Assembly (NCBI GenBank): GCA_965203295.1
Contig: CBDBCZ010000016.1
Span: forward strand, 192,001 to 256,000
Direction: 5' to 3'
Length of the DNA stretch: 64,000 nucleotides
From: Nitrospirales bacterium
Lineage (GTDB): Bacteria > Nitrospirota > Nitrospiria > Nitrospirales > UBA8639
Below are positions 43,101 through 55,668 of this stretch, piece by piece (positions within the stretch are counted from its first letter, which is position 1; the number at the start of each line of letters is the position of its first letter). The translations under genes were made by a program, and so were the position numbers. The notes under the pieces are model-generated. The model did no database searches. It saw nothing but the letters and a program-made list of their open reading frames with translations, and had not been told where the DNA came from.

Positions 43101-44127
43101 GAGCACCTGATGATTCACATGTAGCCATTATGTAGCAAAAGGAGAGCACCTTTTCTGTATTCTAGCTCTGAACACTTACTAGTAACTGTTACTGTTTATA
43201 GCTGTACCATTGTAAACAAGTCTGACATTTTATGTTTAAAAAATCAGCCGGGCACCTTTCCCGTACATTACAATTAATTACACACAACTCAGCTTGGGCC
43301 AAGCTAACTGCAACTGTAAAACTACGGCTATACTACAGTATAGTCACGTTCTCAGACCTACAAATCATAGGCATTCTGTAGAGACAACGCAGTACAACGA
43401 AAGTGCTGACTCAGCAGTTTCATCGTGCGCTTCTAGTTAGTAGCTATACACCACCAAAACAGGACCTTTACGGCTGCCTACCACGTTTTTGCCATCTAGG
43501 CAACACACAACTACCTTCGTTTGCTGTAGCTTGGCCTGCTAACCTCTAAAAGCCGCTATATACTGCAGTTGCATAGTAACGTATGACGTAACATATTGCG
43601 CACGTGATAAGTGCGGACACACAAACAGACATACAAATGCGGAAAACGTAAAGCAATCTTAGGACCAGCCGTTCGTGCGCTGCGCGCGCTCCGGCTGGTA
43701 AAAAGGCTTACACTGACAAAACGTGAATGAGATTCAGAAGTCTATTCTGATATGTATATGATCCTTAGACTGAAGACTCTCGCTGTAGCTATCTCCTACA
43801 AACCTAATGAGCATTGTTTTTTTAGCCGTAAGCTCTAGTTGGCCAATAGTTATACTTATTTTCATATAATTTTCTACCCTCTAATCTTCAGTGGATGATA
43901 TTCAAAGCCACAAGGATTACCTCAATTCCACTGAATTTCAAGGCCTGGATAACCACGAGAAGAAGCTTGCAGCCACCACTAGGGCGCACACACAGCAGGA
44001 AATGCAGGTGGAAACCTTGTCCACTCAAATTAGAGATCTCGCTCATGTCTATCATCGAATTATTTTGCAGCTATCTGCACAGTGTATTGAATGGGATGAA
44101 CTGCTATCAAAACATGAATCATTGTAG
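40109..44127 (+). CDS. DCTN3: Dynactin subunit 3 (p22/p24), 185 aa
   Basis: Exons 40109-40430 and 43892-44127 (phase-1 GT-AG join). LKRRLDILEKKVLG; LSEDAKAELLL; LNSTEF...HEKKL...HTQQ...YHRIILQLSAQCIEWDELL match the family pattern and length. Confidence 0.88.
40685..40704. mobile_element. 20-bp TAG...CTA micro-element
   Basis: TAGTCTCGCCCTTGAGACTA flanked by 9-bp TSD CTCATCACC (40676-40684, 40705-40713). Confidence 0.8.
40773..41178 (+). mobile_element. tRNA-containing repeat bounded by ~50-bp direct repeats
   Basis: CGGGATTTCTTTACTCTCTCAGAAAGCTTTCTTCTCTTGATGAGTTCACAAT at 40773-40824 and 41127-41178; interior matches 32730-33022. Confidence 0.75.
41046..41119 (+). tRNA. tRNA-Thr(AGT)-like, repeat-borne (possibly non-functional)
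   Basis: Acceptor GCTCCAG/CTGGGTC (one mismatch), D-arm GCTC/GAGC, anticodon arm TCTGA-CTAGTAT-TCAGA, T-arm CTGGG-TTCAATC-CCTAG, followed by a T4 run. Confidence 0.6.
42348..42815. mobile_element. Degenerate AcademH-like non-autonomous element
   Basis: TAGCCTTGCTCCCAGGCTC...GTTGATTTTATCACATG at left and CACATGTTAAAATCAACCA at right, like the subterminal repeats of 49217-54868. Confidence 0.55.
43230..43702 (+). repeat. Unclassified interspersed repeat, copy 1
   Basis: Collinear with 61925-62555 (CAGCC.GGCACCTTTCC...GCAATCTTAGGACCAGCCGTTCGTG...CGCTCCGGC.GGTAA). Confidence 0.8.
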
Positions 44128-45422
44128 TCCTCTTTGTCATAGATTGAGAAAATAATATTATGCAGATATTTGCTAATAACTCGTTCAACAACAACTGTTT
44201 TCATACCCATACTTGGTCCACTTAATAATAGCTGTACGGGGGCAACTTTACTATACTGTAGGGATAGGACGGGCCAAAAGTGTACAAATTGGCAAGCATG
44301 CCAAGTAATACATGTAGATACATGTACTTGGGTTTGGGCTGGTACGAGGCTAGCTGGTCAGCAGAACTCACAAGATACAGCAACAATGCAACTTGATGTA
44401 ATGCACAGACTACTAAAGAATGTTTTAGTATGGATTCACATAATTTGATTTAGTTTTAGTAACTAAAAAACACTTTCAGTATTGGTTAACCATGGATAAG
44501 TGGGTTGATTTTGGTAACTATAGTTGTAATTTATTCCCACCCTTGACGTTTTAGATTTAGCTCCTACCAAAACTAAAACAATAGTTTTTATTAGGTACAG
44601 TTAACTAAAACAACACCAGTCAGCCTTGTTGAGTGCTCAGGAGAACTGGCCGATGATCGTCACAGACACCTTACTGATGCTTTCTAAGAGCATTTTTGAT
44701 CGTTGAACTCATACATGCCAGGTTCACAAGTTGCAACATTCTCCTGTCACAGAGTGAAATTATAATAAGGTACTGGCCCACATGGCGGTAATGTAAATTT
44801 TGTGGTTTTGGTTTATGTAGTCTAACTTGTGCTCAAGTGATTGAGTTATTCTTGGCATCATCTATACACAAAACCAAACTTCAAGTAGGAATGCCACATA
44901 CATGTAAATGCACACTACATTTCACAGGAGCCGAGAAACCTAGGGAAAGGAATAACATCTCTAATGTTCTCCACTCCTAATATAGCTTGCAGGAATCTCT
45001 CAAATCCAAAGCCAAATCCACCATGAGGAATCGTGCCAAAACGCCTCAAATCTAGATACCTGCAAGTGAAGAGAAATGAATTTGGCTAAACCAATCAATA
45101 TTAGCATCTGCTATTTGTTCGATTGGGAAAGATGTGCACAACACAGGCTTGCAGAAGCCACGCCCTCTGGGCTTCGTGGGACTATATACGCTTTCCCCCC
45201 AATGGCAGACTTGCACTATTATAATAGCAAAAATTCTACACACTTTCTCCAGCCATTGCCCCTAGTGTCCAAATATGTTGTAGCCCCTAACACACTTAAG
45301 AAAATTTCCAACTTTGCAAATCATAGCTTGTTTGACCATTAAGATAATAATATGCAGAGAAAAAGTTTTTTAATTTCCTCTACGTTTTTAATGGAGAGAT
45401 GCTTTTTGACCCCCAACTGACT

Positions 45423-45960
45423 TAGTTTGGCGAGACCACTCTCGCACTTCGCCCTCGGGTCTGGTACAACGTCTATATCACTAGAATGTTTGAGGTTACA
45501 TAACCCTCAAGGATTATGATTATGTTGAGTGGGTGGAATGTGATCACTGTCAAAGGAGTCAACTATACCCATACCCAGCAGTTTGTCAAACACAATAGGT
45601 AGGCATGCAATGCAAGGCTTTTCCCGTACCCCATTGGGAGTACAGCAAACACATCACACCCTTTCACAAATGTCTCAATGACTGCCAACTGTTCAAGCTT
45701 CAGGTTGTGACAGCCCAGTTTCTTTGCTGCACTTCTAGCGGCATCTCTCAATTTCTGCGTCTCAAACGATACATGTACTCTCTCCATACTAAATCTCTTT
45801 CTCTGTACTAAACTCTGATTAGTCCACGTGGCTTTACCAGAATGTTAATAATTAGCCGTCCTGCAATCTGATTGGACTGCAATATTTTTGCAGCAGTACA
45901 AAACGTGATATAGGCTTCATAGAAGACCTTTGTGCTTTGCGGGTCTGGGGTCAAAAAAAG
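45423..45960 (-). mobile_element. Academ(H)-like remnant carrying a RecQ helicase N-terminal fragment
   Basis: ORF 45563-45787 LKLEQLAVIETFVKGCDVFAVLPMGYGKSL (RecQ Q-motif/motif I); TAG-starting terminus at 45423; right boundary approximate. Confidence 0.55.
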
Positions 45961-47429
45961 CACATCTCCATTGAAAATGTACAAGAATTTGACAACAGTG
46001 CCTTTGCATATCTTGATCAAACAAGCTAGGATTTAAAAAGTTGGAATTTTGCTGAAGTGTATTAAGGGCTAAAGCATATTTGGTTATTAGGGGCAATGGC
46101 TAAAAAGTGTGCGTTAATTAGAATCTTGCGCATATGCGGCGGGGTTAACTGATTGGCATCTGTCTGTCGTATGTCAAAAATCGGACTCGCGATTTATAGG
46201 GTTAAGCAATTGCTAAACGACAGTAACATTGAAATCCTGGGTGTGTGCCTGATAGTCACCAAAGCAGTTCCATTCGCTGCATCTCCAGCCCTTTCAATGG
46301 TACATTCAGCCATTTCTTACAACTAGAATACGATGGAGGCTGGGTACAGCATATATGGGTTCCGGACACATGTTCATATTGGCGCATACGTAGTCTGTGT
46401 AGACCGTAATCGGTGATGCCCACCGCTTGAACACACTAGCACTGTACACTCTGGGTACGACTACACAGCCAGCTGCACTGTACCAAAAGCTCCGTCAACC
46501 AAGTCTGCAGTCCAGCCAGTATGTCTCTGCTACATGTAGTTGTAGTCACTCGTCATCAGTCAGAGGTTGCAGCATGGTGGCGTTTTATGCAATGGAGCCC
46601 AAATTGGGTGCTACAGACGTCCCGGTACCAAAAAGGATTATTACTACCATACTACATACGTATATACATAGTAATTAATATTGTTACCAAGATTGGGGGG
46701 GTTCCCCTGTACATTGTGTTACACTTCTAGAAGTGGTCGATCCATTCCTTTGTACACTTATAGTACAGCCATGTAGTATTCCCACAAAGCAAACCACAAC
46801 ATCCAGTGATATTGGATGTACATGGGTGACTGTCAAATGTACAACAAATTTCTCATTTGGATGGGTAGCCATCCTTTGCTTGTTTATCTTTTGCTCATCT
46901 TCCCATATACTGCAAAGCCTTGTTCAATATCTAGATGGCTACCCATTTAATAAGATAGCAGTACTACTAGAGATACGCATACGCAGTGTAAGCCTCGCGC
47001 ACGAGCATTCAGTAGGTGTGGTTTGGTAGCACGTGTTTAATGCTGTGAAAATTTGACAGAAAGAAAGGAGAAATAGCTAAACGTGCATGAGAATTCGATG
47101 AGTTCGACGATCTAAGTAAGGTGGCGCATCCTTCTCCAAAGGCGAAAATTCACGCGGTGGTGACTTCTGTTTCTCCAGCAAAAAAGAGCAACACTTAGTT
47201 GTTAGCTAATAAGTGTACGCACCTCTGGGCTAGTGGTTCCGCACTCTTTGGTCTGTTAGCTTCGGTTATGTCCGTCTCTCGTTGCTAAAGATGCCTAGCT
47301 CTTTCCCTACACGTCTCGTCCATGACTCCACTTCAGCCAACACGCGTGGAAGTAGCACGTGAGAACTGAGCCGCAATAGGGCCGGCCACGCCATGCGCAG
47401 TACGCAGTATAATTGCATTCCTAAGCGTG

Positions 47430-47461
<32 letters not shown>

Positions 47462-50024
47462 AAACGCTTGCTGAGATGCGATGCAGGATTAGTTGCCTCG
47501 CGCTAAGGCGCTCGGCAATTAGTTAGCTCTATGTTGCAGTACAATAAGCAAATCAGCACTTATTTTTACATGTATTCACTTACATGTACAAGAAAAGAAA
47601 TCAGCTATGCCATATTAGAAGTGTAGCCATACATGTACATGGGAGGAGTTCCACTTACCACTGGTAGGGTTCCAGCATGTTCAATCTGGCAAGAAAAAAT
47701 GGTGTAACACTGAATAATACACGTATGTACTCATGCTCTCTGCATTCACACACATATACAATGTACTAGAACTTTATCAACAAATTTCTGATCAAGCTAT
47801 ATCATGGGTACTAGCTACTGGGGATGGTGATTTGGCCTTTGTTGTTATATAGCCTAATGTAAAATTATCATTGAGTACGGTAGTACTCCATATGTACGGT
47901 GGCCCTGGAAAAAATGGCGTTCCCATTAAATGTGTACATGATAACACGTTCAAAGCTATGCTGCAGGTGTAGTCTAGGGCTAATAATATAAGCCCTACCA
48001 GTCATTCTTGAGTGTTATTATCACTAACCAGACCGTTACCACTGCTAAACAATATCTTTGAAGTATTAAAACCATATGGAATGGTCTTTCTTCCTCTAAT
48101 TCTTTCAGCCAGGCTAGCACAATAATGGGTGAAGCAAGATTCCAACACAAACAGGCATGATTGACCCTTGGATAGTGCCTTTCGGGCATAGCGCTATCAA
48201 AGAAATCAAATTAGTTCAGCAGTGATAACGAGCACTCTCGCGTGGACACTTGCCACTCACACGCCATTTTATGTAGGATGATACGCATGCACAGACTGCC
48301 TGCCAGCACACGTTGATCTATTTAAAGCCTATCTTCAATCGTGCTGTTCAGTCCTTTTGTTCTCAAGTGGAAGTGTGAAAGCAAGGTCTCCCATTCATTC
48401 ATGCGATTGCTGTTCTTCTTGGAATTACACGGTACTTTGCATGCAGTATGCCCTGCTACACGAGTCAGCCTATCAGCATGTACAGATGACCTCAGGGCTC
48501 ACAACTCAACACCACACTCTATACTGATGACCTCAACAATACCCAGTATTCCACTCAGACCAAACACGTTCACATACTTCCACACATCTGCATCACAATA
48601 CATTACAACACTTGCATACACACTAAAACACCCCACTCTCAGTACATCCTTGTACATAATCACAAAACAATCCAAACTCAGAAATCTCCTCCCAAGAACC
48701 ATACCACCGATCACAACAGCAGTCACAACCCTAAACGGAAAACACATACAAAATGCAATTCAACCATACCAACCCCACAAATAACAACATCAACTCTCCA
48801 TACCTTTTCATGCCATCATTTCCCCAAAAAACGCCCCAAAACAAGTTACAGAAAGCACTTTCCAAAACGTGCACATACCAGTCATGTAGGGATGCACTTC
48901 CACCACAAAACACTTCCCCAACAACCAACGATACAAGCGACAATGCATATGCACAGACTACCCACACATCACAGCGCCATGGATTTACCGCGTATTTACC
49001 ATCCCTACATCTTTTCAACCACCCACCCAAACCGTACCACGCCCCATATACAACACCCTTCAACACACACCACCATCCACAATTATCACCATCCTCAACT
49101 GTGACACATCAGCATCCAACAACTACCCTCACATCCTCATCCACGATGACTTCACAAAACACAACACTCCACACTACAACCAACCCAACCTTCATAGTAA
49201 CACTACTCCACAAACCTAGCCTCGTTCCCAGGCTCTCCCGAAAAAAGGGGGAGAGCCTGGTAGATTTTATCACGTGAGTATTACGTAAGGTAGAGAGACC
49301 TTAATTGCATGTGGGCGAACAAAACCGCAATAGCGGGTCCATGCATGATCCATAGATAATAGAGTACGTAAAAGGGATTGGAAACGCGAGATGATGACGT
49401 CACGTAGTACGTACTAACGTGCTACAGCGGCAAATGCTTTTGATGTTCATCCGTGTTACGTGCAGCTGCAATCCGGTGTGAGAAACTTGGAGACGAAGAT
49501 TTCAGCGATTGTCAGCGTGGTGCTTTTAAAGCGGGCTTTCAACAGCGAAGGTAGGTTTCACACGGCAGAGGGTAACAAGGGCAACTTACATTCGGCACTT
49601 GGTAGTCAATAACCTGTTCTGTCCGTGGTGATAGGCGGGAAATTTACGCCTAGGCCATGATTTCAGCTAGATAGCTAGTTTTGTGTACCATTTTTGCCTT
49701 GCTAGTGAAAAGGATGATTTCTAAATGGTGCCCAGCCTGTTTTTGGCATCCATCCGGTGGGAATGGCATGGGTTGGGTTTAATGGAACCAGAATGTAATC
49801 TGATACTGTCCATAAATGGCGGGAAAAATGCCACAGTGTTATGCTAACTTTGTGGACCTCTAGCAATGATTTGGAAGTACATATGATGATGTCCAGGCTG
49901 AATTCTACTACGTCTATTCTATAAAAGTGGAAATAGCTATGCCATAAAGTGGTACACCTGTACATATTGGCCATACAGCCTCATCTGTATGCATACATTA
50001 ATTATTTTATATCGACATGTACAG

Positions 50025-53000
50025 ATGGGAAGAAAGTTGTACTTGTGTACGAAGAAGGGCCGTGAGGAAGAAAGCTATGAAACGCCTTCAAACCAGTCCT
50101 TCTAAGGTAAGCTATTGACAATTTGACAATAAACATAACATACAACAGAGTGCCGTCCATGCACAAACTGAATTGCGCTAGTGGTCTACTTGCTTCCCAA
50201 GCACCCAAACAGCCATATTTACTGAGCTGATTGGCCTATTGCATACATGTACATATGTACATGTAATTCAAACCTTCATTTTGATTTGCAGGACTACTCC
50301 TTCGTTGTTTCTATTCCACTGGCACTTGTAGTAATGGTGTCTGGTCTGTTACACATCAGCGAGGTATTGAAAACGATGGCGCTTCCAAGCGGCTGGGTTC
50401 AACCCAAGAATCCACACCAATTGTTTTATGTGCTATGACACCTGGCTCATCAAGTCAACCCGCTGAAGCAAGCATCACCCTCAAAGTTCTGAATGATCGA
50501 TCGTGGACAGCATTTGTTTATGGTCACAGCATCCGAAATACTCATCTTGCCATTTTGCCACAGTCTATTGGCAATGTAGGGTCCATTCTCCAGATTGTGA
50601 CCCACTTAAACTGTGCTCAAATATGCATTGCTAACCATGAAGAATGTTTCTATTCTCTGTCAGCGGAACGGAAGGGAAAGTTCAAGAATTCCCGGGGGGA
50701 CGTGATTGCCAGTATGGAAGAAAGAGATTGCTTTTGGAGAAACAGTCATCAGGAAAACTATTCGTCATGTTGACTGTGAAATTTTGGCAGCTGCAACAGA
50801 TGGAAGATGTGGTCAGTGTAAGAAATACAGGGCAACACTTAGAGCAATGTACCATCGCCAACAACACCCGCAATCGTCGACTGAAGACCGAACAGAAGTG
50901 GCTAGTCGCGTTAATGATCGGTACCTGTCAACCCCAGAAAAGGCGCAGAAGCTAAAGAATTACAAAGCTGAAATGAAGTCAGCAAAGCAAGAGGTAGCTA
51001 AGATGCAGAAGATTCTTGATGTGTCTCTGGCTACCAAAGGCATGGAGCTCGATACAGGAATGCACAATGACCTTGTGACAATTATGCAAGAGCAGTCTTC
51101 CGAGGTAGGGAAAGCTTTTCCTAACAACTCGTTTCGGCAACTCTTCTGGCAGCAACAACTTGAAGCCGCTCTCAAGAAGAATCCAAAGCAGATGAGATGG
51201 CATCCATTGATGGTTCGATGGTGTCTCTCGCTGAAGCTCAGGTCGTCATCTACCTATGAGGCAATGTACAATTCTGGGTTGATAAAGCTCCCTTCTCAGA
51301 GAACACTGAGAGATTACACTCATGTCATAAAAGCTTCTTCTGGGTTCTCAGATGAAATAGATCAGATGATTATAAAAGAAGCCAAGTTTGATGAGATTGA
51401 AGAATGGCAGAAGCACGTAGTGCTCATTTTTGACGAAATGCACATCAAAGAAGACCTCGTCTTTGATAAAATTACTGGAGAGCTGAAAGGTTTCGTCGAC
51501 CTTGGTGATATCAATAACCACTTGATAAAATTTGAAGAAGCAAGTAACCCAGAAAAACAGCTTCCACCTCTTGCAAACTCGATGCTGACCTTTATGGTAA
51601 GGGGGATTTTCATTTACTTGCAATTCCCGTACGCACAGTTTCCATGCAAGAATATGACTGGGGACACCTTGTATCCTCTTGCGTGGGAAACTGTCCAACG
51701 TCTTGAGATGTGTGGATTCAAGGTGCTTGCCGCGATATGTGATGGAGCTTCCAACAATCGCCATTTCATCCACATGCATAATACAGCGAAAGGATCCCTC
51801 ATGCACAAGACCAAAAATCCTTTCAGCCGTGACCCTGATCGTCGATTTCTTTACTTTGTGTCAGATGTTCCGCACCTGATGAAGACCGCACGCAATTGTT
51901 GGGCCAACCCTAAAAGAAAGCTTTGGGTGAGTGTAGTATTCTACTTACTGGTTAGCTAAACTTTATTGCTTTTAATTACCCCTGTAGAATGGAGGAAAGC
52001 ATATCAGCTGGGAGCACTTAAAACAGCTATACTACCAAGACTCTGGAGCACAAAGGACTGCAGGTGGACTAAGCCTTGTGCCCAAGCTGAAGCAAGAGCA
52101 CATTGTGTTGACGTCTTTTTCAAAGATGAGAGTTGACTTGGCTGTGCAGGTGCGTTCAGGCTTTTTAGTGTATTCTATTTAGAGCACATGTAGAACGATT
52201 TTATGTTGTTGTGTATGTACCCAGCCACCCACACCTTGAAAAGAAATTTGTCCTCATGCTTTGTGTGAGCCTTAACATCCATCATTTATACAGGTGCTAA
52301 GCGAGTCGGTATTTCATGCTCTGCTTGAGGTTGGAGGTGACGAGGTGGCTGAAACGGCAAGATTCTGCCAGATGATGGACCGCTTTTTTGACAGTTTAAA
52401 TGTTACGAACTATTCTGAGTGCTACAAAAGTTAAAGCCGTTTAGGATGCCATATAGATCTGTTGAAGACTTCCGATTCAAGGTTTGCCTGTAGTGTCATG
52501 TATACATTGTTATTACCTAGCATGTTGCAGGTTAACACAGACGATGTCATTTATGTATGCAGTGGCTGGAGGCAGAATTCCTTCCATATCTGGATAGTTG
52601 GGAGAAAAGTGTGGCCAGTAGAAAAGAGTTTTCCGACTCACAACAGAAGATGATGCTTTTAAGTAGAGAGACTTTAGAAGGGATCAGGATATCAGGTATT
52701 GTTTAAAATTAAGTATATGTATGTACATGTAGTATATTACTCTGTGCTGTTTTATTTCCACTTAGTGAAGTCGTTCTGTGAGATGAGTCGGTATCTCCTA
52801 AAACTTCCGGAAGTTAAGAGTGTCCTCTCCAACAGACTATGTTGCCAAGATTTATTAGAACAATTTTTTGGAAAGCAGCGTCAACAAGGGGGCACTAACG
52901 ATAACCCTACTGTGAGGCAGTTTGAATATAACACTTCTGCGTTGAGAGTTGTTAATTCCGTAGCCCTTGCTCCAGTCCGTGGTAACTGCGGCAGGTTCAA

Positions 53001-53094
53001 GCCAAAGAAAAGGCCTGGTGACCTTAGTGTGGACCAGGAGAACACTCCTTTGCCGAAACGATCTAGGAACAGTGCAAAGAAAACCCTGTTTTAG
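50025..53094 (+). pseudogene. P-element-like transposase, spliced, frameshifted, lacking the C-terminal domain
   Basis: Exons ~50025-50106, 50292-51926, 51988-52149, 52294-52481, 52563-52695, 52766-53094. Motifs LPSQRTL, FDEM (D1), CDGA (D2), DVPHLMK, KMRVDLAVQV, QDLLEQFFG.QRQ.GG.NDNP (E). Frameshifts near 50430, 50720 and 52428. Confidence 0.9.
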
Positions 53095-53249
53095 ATAGAC
53101 AATGCAGGGATATACCAGGATAGCCCCTGTTGTGTTCAGAATTATGAATTGTGGATGCAGTAGTGTGTTCATTCTTGGCATATGTATGCATAACAGTAAC
53201 AATAATAATTAATTATATGCTACAATGATATTATACAGACAACTTGATG

Positions 53250-54254
53250 TTAACAGTCGTCATCGTCGACGTCAGGAAGAGGGCGCTTCAAGCCTTTACG
53301 AAGAGCCTTAGCTTTTGATGTATTCAACGAATGAGCTTGCTTGTACTGCTCTAGTAGTGACTTGGCGAATGAAAAGCCACGGATGGTGATACATAAATTC
53401 ACGATCATGTGCAGAAGTTCTTGTCCTTCCTGTTCATCAAGTTCTGCTGACAAGAGGCACCAGTGAAATTGCACATCGTCTGCTTCCATCATCAGCCTTG
53501 CAATTTCTGGACGAGAAGGAATGAGCTGTGATGTTTTCACCTGTGTGGAATTATAATGTCTTCTAAGTTCAAGTTCCAGCTGCTCGAAGAAGAGATACGC
53601 CATATCGTGCACCACAAACAAACCGCCTCGGTTCACTCTATCAATCCAGCTCTTTGTGTACGAAAGGAAATCATCACAAGGGGTATCATCTTCACTCATC
53701 TCCCACAGACACAAAATAAACTCTTCTTTGTGAGGATGTGATGACCGTTCCAACTTTCTTCTCAGGGATACAGGAATGTAACCTGCTACATAACAGAGAG
53801 CCTTCTTCTCCTGCTCTGTAAGCGCCGGCTCCTCTACTGTAGCCTCAGCAGCAACTTCCAGTGGTTGGTATACTTTGATAAGCCCTTCCATGACATCAGT
53901 GAGCACCATCTGGCAGAGCATTGGGTCCTTGGAGTTCACTTCCGATGGTAGAGCGTTCCACAGTGACTCCAGGGCTGTAGAAACGCGTAATGAGTGAAAT
54001 TTACGCCACAGCTTCTCTCTCCACGCCTTCCCTACTCTCTTCGTCTTGCACTGAAAGCACGGAACGAATAGCTTCACCAATGAATGGGCGAAAACTTCCA
54101 ATTTCGCTCTGTCCTCCCGGGCCCATTCAAGAAATGTAGCCGCTGCGGTTCCAACTGCTGCGCTTCTAGGCAGCGATGGGTTAGTTCGCTTCTTAATAAT
54201 TCCCGTAACAGCTTCTAATACAAGGTCAGGCCCAGCTTCCAACATAGTCTCCAT
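53250..54254 (-). CDS. Intronless second ORF of the P element (334 aa from first ATG), homologous to the P transposase C-terminal domain
   Basis: Open frame 53250-54296; motifs LTEQEKKALCYVAGYI, WIDRVNRGGL, FFEQLELEL, ITIRGFSFAK; basic plus acidic tail. Confidence 0.8.
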   Translation of the reverse strand: METMLEAGPDLVLEAVTGIIKKRTNPSLPRSAAVGTAAATFLEWAREDRAKLEVFAHSLVKLFVPCFQCKTKRVGKAWREKLWRKFHSLRVSTALESLWNALPSEVNSKDPMLCQMVLTDVMEGLIKVYQPLEVAAEATVEEPALTEQEKKALCYVAGYIPVSLRRKLERSSHPHKEEFILCLWEMSEDDTPCDDFLSYTKSWIDRVNRGGLFVVHDMAYLFFEQLELELRRHYNSTQVKTSQLIPSRPEIARLMMEADDVQFHWCLLSAELDEQEGQELLHMIVNLCITIRGFSFAKSLLEQYKQAHSLNTSKAKALRKGLKRPLPDVDDDDC

Positions 54255-55668
54255 CGTTCTCTTTTTAGCGCCACCACGGCGAGGCCCCTCCCACAAGCGT
54301 CATTCGTAACGCGCATAAATCCGGAAGTAAGCTGCCGTTTCCAATCCCTTTTACGTACTCTATTATCTATGCATGATCGAACGGTCTATCAGCGAAAAAA
54401 GTCGGAGAAATGGGAGTTAAAGGGACTGAAACAAAAAAATGTCTTTTGCAGCATCATGGATAGGCGTCAAACTGCACTGGATATGGGCTATACAGTCGGG
54501 GAGCATGAAAAGCGCCGGTACGGTACTCATCGGTTCGGTACAGGCAAAGGTACGTGTTCTACGGTAAGCAGAAGAATACAATACGGCTACCCAGGCTTTT
54601 ATAAAGTGCTCTTCTACACTTACCCTTCGTAAAGACTGCCAGAAGTGCGACTGTTCTCTCGATCGTCAAGAACCTCGTGCTCGAGTAACGCGATAAATCG
54701 GCTTTGCGTGGGCATGTTGCTATCGTTTCACCCACGCTCAATTAAAGTCTCTCTACCCGTACCCTCTCTCTACCCTCAACGTTGCTCACGTGATAAAATA
54801 TTCCAGGCCTTCCACGCTTTTCGTACTGCAAGCGACAAAAGCTGTGCGGAGGCCTGGGAACGAGGCTACCACAAACCAACCAGAGTAATTCTCCACAACA
54901 TTCCCAACAATTTTTTTTTTTAATATCGACGCAACAAACCTTCACACCAACACTAGCTACTCCAATCAAAGCACATCAACACGAACAACACACACAGCCC
55001 TCATCAACTTCACAACTCCCAATCTACACTTTACCAGCCATTTTCTTAGCTAGCTGGCGTTAGCTAGCTGTGTGGAAATCTGTGGAGATTTATGGGGAGT
55101 GCTTTGGTGAGTGGTTCTCAGTAACTGAGGGGTGAGCGGAAAATCGCTAACATGGTTTTGCGGTGAGTAGGTTGAAGTTTGTAAGGCAGGGCTCGATTTT
55201 GTCAGGCAGAAGTGGGTGGCCATATAATGTTTTTGGAAAGGCAGGATAGCGAAAATGAGCGTTTTGGAGTGGTTGGATGCATTCTGGGCTGTAAAACTGG
55301 GGTTGAAGCATTCCTGTGAAATAGCCAACATACTTTTTAGCCTGTCCTCTGTAGGTACTGGTGATGTTGTCAGACTGTGGGTGGGGCTCTAGCAGATCCG
55401 ATAATTTTGCATTTTAGTAAACAACCCGAAATTGCGTCTTTTTGGATTATTTAACGGGGTGTGGTAAGATGCCTAATTTTTGTCAATTCGGCTTTGTAGA
55501 CTTTCATGTCGTCAACAAAGCCATCCATATGATTTGGGAATTCGAAGACGCGGGATGTACCCCCATTAAATTTGCTGATTAGGGATGTGTTGCCGACCCT
55601 TTGCTGTATAGCACCAACTATTTGGGTTTTCCCAGTGGCTGGCCACAGCATGAGGTACAAGGGTGAAG

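Larger units (their letters stand above)
49351..54371 (+). mobile_element. Full-length P-superfamily DNA transposon with two convergent genes
   Basis: Perfect 36-bp TIRs CATAGATAATAGAGTACGTAAAAGGGATTGGAAACG (49351-49386, 54336-54371); 7-bp TSD CATGATC (49344-49350, 54372-54378). Confidence 0.95.
49217..54868. mobile_element. Non-autonomous AcademH-like element hosting the P element
   Basis: Termini TAGCCTCGTTCCCAGGC / GCCTGGGAACGAGGCTA; subterminal inverted ATTTTATCACGTGAG...GGTAGAGAGAC.TTAATTG; 9-bp TSD CCACAAACC at 49208-49216 and 54869-54877. Confidence 0.88.

Noticed and set aside
48341..49277. 147- and 174-aa T/H/P-rich ORFs
   Set aside because: Open frames are explained by the C/A compositional skew, which depletes stop codons
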